A program made the translations under genes and the position numbers. 35,719 bases of DNA from Catajapyx aquilonaris. Taxonomy: Eukaryota. The stretch spans positions 1 to 35,719 of the forward strand of contig JYFJ02003985.1 of the NCBI GenBank assembly GCA_000934665.2, written 5' to 3'. Positions 12,657-24,700 of the stretch are shown one piece after another. Numbering within the stretch: the first letter of the stretch is position 1; each line of letters opens with the position of its first letter. Below the pieces are notes generated by a model that worked only from the letters and a program-made list of their open reading frames with translations, was not told where the DNA came from and made no database searches.

Positions 12657-14230
12657 CAAGCTACAACGCTAATTAGGTTCGCAAAATGAGCAGTCCCCCC
12701 AAAACTATACAAAAGCAATTTTTCATAATGTGCAAATCGCACATAATAGTGAAACACAACCTGAACTGATATTGCAAAATTTTGAGCTGATGCTTGTGAC
12801 ATGTGGTGTACCGCAATGTCAGCCAGCAATTGTACATTTTGCCGTAATTTTAGTTCGTACAACGGGCTATAAGAGGCTATTGGTGCGAGTGAAACACTTG
12901 GCAACATGATATTGAAATATTTGCGCCATCAGGCTTCTGACGTGTGGTAAGACCGCAATGGGAGCAATGGCGGGATTAACAAGTCCGCTTGCTTTAATTA
13001 GCGATTCAACTGGCTTCGAAATATTCTGAAGGACCAACGTTGCGGTTTCTCCTCCAAGCAACACACTCACCTGGTTTATTCACCTGTTGAGAGCAGCCAC
13101 GTGTAATATTGGCAAAAAAAAACACTGCACGCGCACTGTACACAGCATGTCACTAAAGCACCGAGCAGGTGTAGGTCTCTCCTGTCCGGTTGCTTTCCAG
13201 TGACTGAATAAAAGGCTTGATACCTGGGCAAGCTGACCTTGCAGGATGGCTGGCTAGGCCTGCTTTTTCCGCCCACCACACCACCGCAACTTGTACGATC
13301 TTACTACACACTACCACGGAGAACCAGGCGGTGTTGCCGAGGTGTCACACCTGCTGCCACCCGGTTGCGTACCGTTACGCGTTGAACACCAGGCCACACG
13401 TGGGGCTCATGGCGGAGGTCACTACCCGATGGATCAGTGTCCGGCTACACATGTGCAGAGGTTTTTTAAAAATCTCTTTTCGAACACGAGTCATATTTCG
13501 CCATTTGGCAAACTCCCCACTTCCATGCTTTATTAGGTCATCAGCCTCAATAATCACCATTAGGCAGTAAAACTGCTACTAGCGGACTGGATTTCCTGAT
13601 AACATCTCATGGTCTGTTATAGACAGTGTAACCTGTACAAAGCGGAATTTCTTCGTTTTTCTCTGCATTTAAGAAGTTTCCCTTTTGTTTTCCCCTTGAG
13701 CAGTTAGTTTCCTCGATATGTAACGAAAACATGTTGAAATTTAAATGAGCTTGCGTAGTGCACCCCTTTCCTTATTTTCCACCTCCTCCTTCCCATTCCT
13801 CATAGCTTTTTTTTTTTAAGTACGTAGTTACCTCGACTCCTCCAATATCACGTTTCCCTAAAGAAGGCAGAGTAGCACAATAGCGCGCGCACACACAAAT
13901 TAACTGAAAAACCAGGGAGGGAGAAACCTGCTGGTAATGGTAAACCTGGCTGATGAGCGTCATTTTGATGGTACCAGTATCTACAATACAATATTGCTAA
14001 AGACTCATCATGTTTTCATATCAGTATGTGCTGTATGTCATTTTTGCAACTTCAGCTCTACTAATGCAATGGTTTAGAAATAAATTTATGGTAAGATATG
14101 TATATGCTACATTAGTGATGCTACATAATTATTATCATGTCCCCATTACTTTTTACATTGCATTAATGCAAAATGCAATACTCTGGGGCAGCTCTGGGGT
14201 CTCAACTATTCTCACTTATTGGTTGTTTCC

Positions 14231-14236
14231 TTTATT
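14231..14236 (-). terminator. Candidate poly(A) signal for ph (would give a 3' UTR of about 1.35 kb)
   Basis: AATAAA on the minus strand, near the end of the CpG-poor domain that covers the 3' part of ph. Hexamer evidence only. Confidence 0.3.
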
Positions 14237-15569
14237 ACCTTGCAAAATACTATTGCCTCTCAGGTGATGACACAACTTCAGTTTCCCAACTTTACTAGTA
14301 TAATGGCCATCTCACCAGCAACTCAGCACGTACAAAGAAGTACTCACTAGCAAAAAAAACTACTTTGCACAAGGCAATAAGAAAGCCCCACAAAGTTACG
14401 ATGCAGTAACAATGGGCTCCTGATGAGAAGCCACACACTGCATACATCAGAAAGTTCTTTGTTATCAAGCGTGTGGGTCTAATTCTACTTGTTACCTTGA
14501 TGTGGCAGAATTCAGCTGCTATGATGATTAGCAGCTGAGCAGATCCATATTGTCCTACAGAGTTGAAACTTCAGATTTTGAAATGTCTCCCCCATGTATA
14601 CCCGTATGAAAATTTTCAAAAAAATCCGAGTTGGTCGAGCCACCACGTTTACTGAGTTGAGGTGGAATGACCCAGCTGTCTTGCATAGGATGGCATCATA
14701 AATTGTCAATGCAAATTAGAATGCCTTACATTGGGAATTACTTCGATAAAAACCAATTGGGCATCCTCTTTGTTATTACTCAGAACGTCCCAATTAAATT
14801 ACTATTACGGTAATGAGTCGTGCTCTTAATGCAACCATTTAAAATTCTTCCAATCAGTTCCTACAATCAATGATATAATTCCATTATTAGCATGTGTCAC
14901 TTGCATTCCTCATTCCTCATTTACACTCCATTGTCACTACTCACAGGAGGCCACCTAGGGTGGAATTTTTGTCCCACTGCTAGTTACTGGTGTTGGGAAT
15001 GGTAAGTTAGCAGTAACTAGCATGTAACCAGCCTGTAATCAAATTCATTTGACTGCTCACACCAATAGCCAATTTTTAGAAGGTAATTTCATATCAGTAC
15101 AAATGCGAACCTGTTTGCTGGCGAAAGTTCTGGCACCCCAGCCAACAGTCAAAGAAATGGGACAAGGTACAAAGGGTATGAATCTGCATTTTTATGAACA
15201 GGAAGGAATACAAAAAGGACAATCTTCTTTGCATAATGATGGCAAAAATGGTTTACTTTCAGTGTCAGTGTAAAGACAGAACAAGACCATACACACAGCT
15301 GTTTAACCATTAACGACACTCACCTCCATCTGAATACAAGCACTTTTCACACATCTTAGTGTTTCACAAAAGTGTAAAGATGACAGTAGCCAAAAAGAAA
15401 TGATGTCTCCAACTCGCACTATACACAACAAACACATAAAACAGATGTTCCACTGAACAAAACCTCTTTTGGATGTACAAATATGTCATATTTACATGTA
15501 ATCAAGAAATAAATAAGGCTGGCAACACCTCTTCTCCAGAATTTTTAAAAAATGTTAAAAGTCAGCACC

Positions 15570-15773
15570 TCACTTCTCCTTAGCATCACCTCGCATAACA
15601 TCAATCTGGGCACAAATCTTTAGTGCAGGTCCCAATTTCATAGACATGGCCTGCATCAAATGGTCCTCTTTGAGAAGCATCAGAGCCTGCCCGTCAATCT
15701 CCTGCACTGCAAAGTCTTCAGCATAGTCCGAGCAACCTGGCAAGGCCCGGATAAATTCACACACTTCACTCAC
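15570..15773 (-). CDS. ph: ph last coding exon; SAM domain and stop codon
   Basis: Acceptor attctttcag|GTG. VSEVCEFIRALPGC...EIDGQALMLLKEDHL...MKLGPALKI is a Ph/PHC-type SAM. Confidence 0.96.
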   Translation of the reverse strand: MSEVCEFIRALPGCSDYAEDFAVQEIDGQALMLLKEDHLMQAMSMKLGPALKICAQIDVMRGDAKEK

Positions 15774-18700
15774 CTGAAAGAATGATATTTTATTAATACC
15801 CTGTACACCTGTACTACCAGGCTGCAGTGGAGCATGACACTCACCGACCACTTGAGCGGGTTAAACTTTGGTTGAGCAAGGGATGGGTCACCATTTTGGT
15901 CATCCCCACCGGTGGGTTGGTCCATTGCACCCCCAGATGGGGAAAGCGAAAATTCACCACCCGAGTCCATATTTTCATGGTCCAGTGATTCCTCCACACC
16001 CTCCATGGGCGACTCTTGTGCAGGCTGTCAAAATGATATCTCTAATTAAATGCACCCCGTAACGTCATAATACAAAAGAAGAGGAATGCTTCAAAAAAGG
16101 ATTATTCACATTGGTACAAGCAATAGTTGTGTGGACTTACCCAGTCCTTTTCCTGCTTGCCCTTTACACCTGGTCCTTTCTTTGCTCCTGAGCCTTGGCC
16201 AGAAAACAGGCCCACCCTCTTGGTGCATCCAACATTGTACCTCTTCGCACAGGGGTTGCTGCAGAATCGCTTTGATTTCTTCAGGTTGTTGCGATTCATC
16301 GGCTTACCACAGAACTCACACTTGTACATGTCCTCCCTTGCGGGCACACCTTGCTCGGTAGATTGCTTCTTTTCTGAAGTAGCACATCATGGCATTAGAA
16401 GAAATGTACTGGAGTGAATGGAATTTTTGGTGTAAAAGAGTTTGGGAAAGATTGTGGTGCAAGGAAATGAGTGGTGACAGAAAAGAACTCCCATGTTTTA
16501 TGGGGGCAAGTGTAACAAATTCAGCATACTTTTGTTATTAGAAAAAAAATTCAAAAAAATTTCTTCAAATGTTACTTTTCAGTGTAGTTAATATCTCAGT
16601 AAGAATAATTAAGCCACTAGTCCACATCAAACATTAAGTTCTTACTTGGTGGCTCTCCATCTTCGGGAATGTTCTCTTTGCCTGATGGATTGAGGGGAGA
16701 TTTGCCGCCAGCAGCAGATGCTGGCAACTGGGCCTCGGTGAGATGAGCTGAGCGGCTCACTGGGAAAGGTTCAGAAGCTGAAAATGTTTTGGGAGAGTGT
16801 GGAGGAAGGCGGAAAACTCAAAATGTGGCAATGACACTGCTGGTGCCCCAATGTAGAACTCTAAGTTATATGCATTACTAATTACGTTTGCTAAATGTGT
16901 CAAGAATAGTTATGCTGTTTACATTAATGTTATTGCTCACTTGCCCCTTGTAGAAGGCAACAATGAAAGAAAAGGACTTGGGGTAAAAAAGAATAATCGT
17001 TGGTGTATGGACATTACTCCAATTCATCTTGGAAACCAAGATTCACCTTTTCATACCTCACTCACACCTCAAAGAAATGTTTCCTGCAGTGAATGAGAGC
17101 TAGCCATAAATTTACTGCAAATGCCTCCAATAATATTAAATGAACAAATTTTAATGTTCTACCTTCTGGCACCTGCATGGCAAATGAACCAAGCAAAACA
17201 CTGATGTCACTACGTAGTACATAATGCTGCCTAGGCTCACCTTCCTGAATCACGAACCCTTCGATGACATGTGTCAGCACCTGCGGCTTCACCAGTGCTT
17301 TGGGGGGTCCCCGTTCTTTCCCATCTTCAAATCCATTCTCAAGAATATCTCCATTGATCACTGATTTCTCCTCCTTATTATCCATGCTATCCACCCCATT
17401 TTGATTCGCTTCTGGCTCAGGTTGTGGTGCAATGAGCTGATTGGGAGACACTACTGGAGGTGGTATTGTCTGTGGTTGCTGCTGCGGTAGTGCTTGTGGA
17501 ATCTGCAGTTGTGGCATGGGCGGTGGAGGGAGAATTGTCATAGTTGGTGGAGGCGGTGGAAGCAGGATGCCTGGAATTTCATCCTTGTTGCCACTTGGAA
17601 CTGGAATGGTGGTCATGCTCATCATCGGAGACATGTTCACTCCTGGACCAATTGTAGCAGTGGTCACCATTGGGAGCAGTTTCTGAGGTGTCTTGGGCGG
17701 TCCAAAACCTGCCTTGGGAGTTGCAGGAAGCAGAACTGGTGGTTTGGTCTGGTTGGCAGCATCAGCCTTTTGAGCCGACCCAACCATACCAGGAGCCACC
17801 CCAGGACCAACTGCTCCTGGTGGAGATGGTCTGGCCATCACTGGCTTGGACCTCAGCTTCGCCTGAACCTTCCCAGGGATTCCTGTTTGGACCTGGGCTG
17901 CAGAGGCTGCAGAAACAGTTGTGTTGCCAGAACTAGTCTGAGTCGAGACAGAGCTGGCAGGGCGGATTGCAGGTGGTGCACCAGCAAGAACAGGGGCTCC
18001 AGAGGAGGGAAGGATGGCTGACAGAGCACGAGGAACTACTGCCTTTGGCTGGATTGAGGCAGGAATCTCCATACCCTGGCGAGGCTTTGGGGGTTGTGGC
18101 CCTGCTATAGTAGCCGGTCCTTGCAATGCTGGATGGAAATTAAAACCTGTATGAAATATTTGGAAATATGTATATGGTGAAAGCCTTTTACAAGAAAAGG
18201 AGCTGCTTGCCTTGCGCAACAGGTTATGTGGTGGTGACAGGCAAAAAAAAAATGGCCTCAAGAGAATGAATAAACTGTTGTCAACATGCATTTTGACAAG
18301 TGAAGAGTGACAAGTTGTCATGATATCGATACAATTTTCCCTTTACATGCAGGCCAGTAAAAGGGGAAAACATTCTGCCACTTATTCTATTACCTCAAGA
18401 ATTGAATGAGGTCAGATTGCATTAACTTCCTAGGATGTATATTATTACACCTTGATATGGTTTCTCATATACCTAATATTCACTTGGAGACCAAAGAGAA
18501 TACAAGACTTACCATTGTGGGTGGGCATGGCCTGAGGTGGCGGTGACTGGATGAACATGGATTCCTGCTGAGCACCTCTTATGTAAATAGGGTTCTGTGC
18601 TGTGGCAAGAAGTGTGTGGGACTGCAGACCACCAGGGGTAGCCCAGGTGATGCCCTGTGTCAGAGGAGCTCCAAATGCGGTGGCCTGTGGGGGAAGCACC

Positions 18701-21700
18701 TAAGCTTCCTTAATACGGATGACTGTTCCAATTCTATAAACTAACTTAACAATAAACATTTATGCAAGGCTACACTCATTCTTGATGTTACAAGTGCACC
18801 AAAATAAATTGTAGGCACATGGCAGTCAGTGCATAAATTTCCAGTTTCAAGTAGTCCTAAACAAGAGCATCAGTAAAAGGTTGACGAACAGTTTTCTGAT
18901 ACAAAGTCAAGAGAGTCACCTCCATGTAGGCCAGGTCAACTGGACACTTTTTGTTGTCACAAAAAATGTACAAATGATCATTTCTGCAGGCACATACCAA
19001 TGGTCACTAATGAACCTCATAATGCAAGTGGCAACATAACTGTCTTGATTTTTTAAAGAGAAGTGCATTCCCACATATGTGATGGAAAACAAAATGATGC
19101 AGTAATGTAATTTATTCTTATTTTTTCATCTCTCAGTGTAGATCCCTATGGTGATTTTATTTCTTGTGATATGGTATCACATATCGTTTCTGTGGATCTG
19201 ACAAGACACTTTAGCCAAATGTGAAATCAATCTAATCATTACCACATAAACACTTTGTGAGAAGAGTAAAATCATGTCTCTTGTGCAACCGCCAAAATAT
19301 GCATTAACCAATGAGACATTGCACTACTGTGTCATTTTGTTCATTACATAGTTCGAAAGCACCTATGCACTACGAATGCAGTCGCCCTTTTCTGTTACTC
19401 GTAGGCAGAAAAAATAGTTTTCACTTGCTCCATTATTGTGTCAGACCTATATTTTTGTGCATGGCCAATGTCTGGAGGCCATATCAGTGTCAGTTCATTG
19501 CACAGTACAGCAGGTCAATTTGAACAAGAAAGTACGGCAAGTGTATTTCTGGAGTGGGTGAACTGACACCAACCTGGACAGGGCTAATAAGCTGGGCCTG
19601 ACCCGCTAGCATGGCATGCGAGGGAGCCTGAGTCGTAATGGGCTGAGGCTGTGATACCAGGCCTGACTGCGAAGAGGCCTTTACTAGTCCTGGAGCGTTG
19701 CTTCCTGGAGGGGGAAGCAAGGTGGGCAGCTTGGGGCTCACCTGCAGAATGATGAGCAACGGGCCTCAAGTATCTCCGTCTCAAAAGAATATTTTAGTTA
19801 CATTGCCTATCTACTCCTCATGCATTTTCCCATCAATCTCCTCTGATGGGACTATTTTGGTAAATAAGAGGNCCCCCCCCCATGCCCCCCCCCCCCAAAA
19901 AAAAACCCCAAAATTGCACAAAAAAGTATAGAGTATGTGGAAGTATTCACATCATAGGAGCGTCCAAATAGTCCCTGTGTCAACTGCGGATGCACATAGT
20001 AGATTTGGTCACTTGCAGGCCCGTTTGGCTGCTGCTCTGTGGCACCGTCTCTCCCAATGGTGCCTGGGAATTTCATCCTGGCGCTCAGTTGTGCTAGACC
20101 CTACACAGCACATTGGAATTATAAAACTAGTCAGTCAGAAAACAATGATAATGATTATTATTATACAGCGTTGGTGTGGTAGAGAGCAGCATGCAGCATG
20201 TGCCGAAACTCGTACACAGCATTTACCCTGGCTGTTAACCAATGACGCCATAAGCTGCAATCTCGATTCATAATGGTACTGCTTTTCAGTGCACAGGGAC
20301 TCTTTGGACAGCCATGCTCATTGGGCTTGGCATATTTCTGGGACAAACATTGATTGTCCTGCAAAGTCATGGCTTTATCAAAAAGTCAAACAAGTATCCT
20401 CTGAAACAAATGGCCAGAGGCTAAAAATGAGTTACATGAGTTCAGTAAACTGTCCCAGCTAGTTTCAAATGCAAACTCAGCGTTCCTGTTGGAATAGCAA
20501 CATCCACAAACCTGATGATATTAATGAGCATTGCTAATGAAGGACATGTTTTGCATAGGCAACTAGTGCACTGCATTTCTGGCCACCGCATTTTAATTTT
20601 CGGGCATCTGGTTCAACCTAATAACTTGTGCTAAGCATCTACGGCTAATTGCAAACCCAAACCAGTTCAAATCATGTGAAAGGCTAACTGGAACAGAAAG
20701 AGTGTTGATCACCACCATTGTATTTACACTGCTAGAAACAGCCTACTGATCTCTTATTTTCCAAGAGCCCCCCTTCACAAAATAAAAGTACTCTAGAGTA
20801 GGTCCCCAACCTCCATTGCACACAGTTTGGAAAAAGGATTTACAAGCCAGTATCTCAGCCTCATGCAAGTATTCGCTCTACTGAATGAGCTTCCCACCAC
20901 CTGAGCCGGGTTACATGAACCCATAATTCTGCCAAGGAATACCTCGCTGGCCCAGTGCCGCATGCATCCCTTGTTCTCAAGTGAGTGTCAACCAACCACC
21001 TGGATTAGTACACTACCATACTCTTTTGAACTCTCTGTGTTAGTGAGGACTGCCAACAAGAAGTGAACATGCACTGAACTTGGTAGTTATGTTCATCATA
21101 TCTGATCCATGCAAGTTTCATCCATTTAGAGAGTTAACTCTGGACAATTTTATTTAAAAAAATAGTGCACTGTCAGATAGTGTGTGCAATAAATTCTCAA
21201 TCAAAGCTACAGAGTGTACCCTAAATGCACAGCTTTCAAACAACCTCCAAAAAATCACTATTGATATTAGGTGACAAGTGAGGAGTAGGTCAGTGTGTTA
21301 AGGACATGTTATAAGAGAAGTTATAGTTTTTACCTTCTGCATGTCAGCCTGTTTGGCTGGATTGCCCGAATGTGCAGGCAGGATATTGGGCTGGCTGATC
21401 ACTCCAAGCTGGCCAATCACCAGGGTCTGATTCGAAGCTGCACTTGTAGGTATGGTCGCATAACCTGTGAAGAAAAACTGTTATTAGCTACATATTTGCA
21501 AACAAATAACATGGACATGTACAAAATTGCACCTGCTTTTTATTATTTTTTTACAAAAATTATAAGGTGATGCACTGTGCCCAGTTCTTGAACTTTTCGG
21601 TTGTTCAATCTAGCAATTTCTGGAGTAAACAATCAGTACCATTTCTTTCCACGAACCCTCCGCTTTTTCCACCAGCACTTTCACCTCAAAATTCACAGCA

Positions 21701-24700
21701 AGAATCAGCAGTGCAAACCCCCTCCCCAGGAGAGATTCCCTCGCCGTGACCGCCAGCGCGATATCAGCCGCCCATCTATACCCGCGCCGTATTATCAGTC
21801 GGCCATGACGCACAAAACGACATGAATAGTTCAGTGCTGGGGGGGGGGAAGCAAACACACTCTTCCAAACTTCTTACGTCCCGCAATATGCCTCGACGCC
21901 GGGCCAATAAACAGTCGACCTCGCCCGTGTAACGACCGATTTCAAGGGTATTTTCGTCCGTCCTAACACACGTGTACTTTAGTCCGCGCACACACGTCAC
22001 CATATAATCCGGTCCAAAACACACGGGCGCTCCACACACACATTTACTCATGATACCTCATGAATTAAGCACACCTCATTTTCCCCTAGATTACATTCGT
22101 GGGAAAAACCGTGCTGAAGGCGGATCAGCAATTTTCATCCACACTTGTATGACTATACAGTCAGTCCCGTTTTTAAAAAACTGTGCGCGGTTTTTAAATG
22201 CTACCGGGCTGTGACCCACCAACAACAACGACGCCCGTGTGAACCCTCCTGCCCATCCACCGACCACATGTTAATAACGCACTGCCTGAATTCCCCTCAC
22301 GAAATACCCACCTGCAAAAACCGTCTTTTTAAAAAAACCGGCCCTGCACAATGGTGGCAGTCTGCCAGCAGCAACACCTGCTACCTGCCGCCCTTCCCCA
22401 ATCAGCAACCGAGCGTGACCACGTGTCGCGGTCCACAGCCGACTCTAGTCTGGCCCCGAGGATTCATCCCACGTCACTTCCCCTACTAATGACCACAAAA
22501 AAAGTTAAACCTCGGAGGTTAGTCGCCTCTCTCCAACCTGTTCTCCGCATCACAGGGCTCCCCAGCAAAGTCGCGGTCTCAAACCTAAAACGCAGTTGGC
22601 GGTCATCGATTCTCCGCCCACTACACATGCACCAAGAGGGGGGCCTTCCCCATATGACAAACTCACGTGACAGCCGCAGTGCTGGAACTTTTTACACTCG
22701 GGAATGTCCCATTACTAGTCCGCCACCTTTCTTACCACACACTCGACTAAACCACCCCCCATGACAACCGCTACCCCTATACCAAGCAAGTCAACCTTCC
22801 TCAAGGGCAACTTTATAGATTTCATCCCAACAAGTGCAGGTCCTTGGGGCCAATCGCGGGTCAGCTTACCTGCAGCTGCCAGCATGTGCGGAGCCAGCTG
22901 GTTGTGTTGGAAGGTCTTCCCTGCGGCGATCACCTGGGCACGGAAAAGGGCATTGCGATAATTAAAAGTGCAAAGGAGCTCCACCCGTACCAGTCAACAA
23001 TAAAGGATATTTTTTTAAAAACAACTGCAGGCAAGACATGCAAGTTAGTGGCTCAAGTGCAAGCCCTTGTGTTTTGGTCTTGAGAAAATAATTAAAAAAT
23101 GAACCCACCACACCTCCTCCCAAAAGCACCTCGAGTAAAAATGTCCGGACCACCACAGCTTATTACAGGTTAGACGCATGGTGTGCAAGCGCTGGCTCAT
23201 TGCATTAATATCCACTTCCACATAGCCATATATTATGAATGGGCTACGTCACCATCCAGAGGGTTTGGGCCAATCAGCAACGTACAGGTGCACATTACAC
23301 CCATAAACACCACGTGAATTAAATGCCACTTATACACCTGCATGAGTATGGAATGCCCTATGCGCAGAAAGTGGAAGCATTAGGCACAAAATGAATGAAG
23401 GACTGCCCAGGGGGGAAAAGGGGAGCCAAAAACATGTTGATGATGAAGAAGTGGCGTATGTACAAAATAAATGCGATGCATAGGAAGAGCAATTGTTGAC
23501 CACCTGAGGTGCTGCTGGGAGGAGTGCGTGTGTGGTGGTCAGCTTGGCAGTGGCAGCAGACATTGGCAGCAGTGTCCCACCGCCCCCTTTACTGTGCTGC
23601 AAGTGAAAGCTAGCTATTCCTGTCAGGCTCTGTGGAGGAGACAGCATGGCCTCGTGCCACCATTACAACTAGACACATGTGCGATGTTCCTCGCGATACT
23701 CCAAGATAAGTCTCAGAATATTGCAAGGCAGCTATGTAAATGTACACCACATATTTAACCCACAGCCAACAACTACATCAGCATCACTTGGTGGGCAATT
23801 GCAATTCAAATCTCTCAAAAGCGTTGAGACGTACGACTTGGGCCAGACATTTACCTGGATCGATGGACTAATCCCAGCAGGCTGTAAAAAGGGGAGTCCA
23901 TAATGTTACTGTACAAACTGCTTCTCGAAACGCCCAACAAACTGACTGAATTACTGTGGCTTTTTCCAGTCAAGAGGGAGACAGAGAGGCTGCTCCCCCC
24001 CCCCCCCAAAAAAAAAAAAAAAAAAATTAGAAGGAATATAAAGGAGGACCTGCTACACCAGGGAGGTATTGGATGGACTTTGAAAGAGAACCTGCTTACC
24101 TGAATGGAACCAGGATTCATTCCAGCTGGATGCAGCTGGATGTTTCCTGGCATCAGGAGCTGCCCTTGAGTATTGTACAGCTGCTGCAGGTACGTATGGT
24201 TCTGGAGTGGCTGCTGTATCACTTGCACCTGTTGCACATGTATATAAAAAAAAGTATTCTTGACATTGTTGGAAATGATCGTTCTATAAAAAGGGCTATT
24301 GTAACATGTATGCCTTTTAAGAATAATTTTATAATTGTTAATAAATCAATTACAGCTATACCGGTACCTGGAATGCAGTTACAGGATGTCACCTAGATTC
24401 ACCTTTGTTAAAGGGTGGGCCAATGCAGGGCTACTCAACTGGCACCGATCTCTTTGGTGGAAAATCCAAGTGGGAAAGTCGAGTTATTGAAAAATTATTA
24501 GCAGGTTCCCTGAACGGGTTTTCCTTTCCAAGAACTGCCATCTCATCTCGGTACTGGAAAATTTCCAAGAAACTAGCGCTACTTGAAATCAATTTCCGGA
24601 AGCTCCGAATGTATACTAAAACTTGACGTCACACGCAGCTCGTGTGGGCATTTTGTTCCGTAGTTATTATGCATAATTCGCGTAAATGAGATCCACAAAA

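Noticed and set aside
17441..18021. Plus-strand ORFs (81, 175 and 88 aa) overlapping ph exon 8
   Set aside because: Antisense shadows of a GC-rich, Pro-rich coding exon.
17062..18321. 419-aa ORF as a standalone gene
   Set aside because: Only 17241-18146 is exonic. Both ends are intron read-through, and HD1 is completed only by splicing to 16777.
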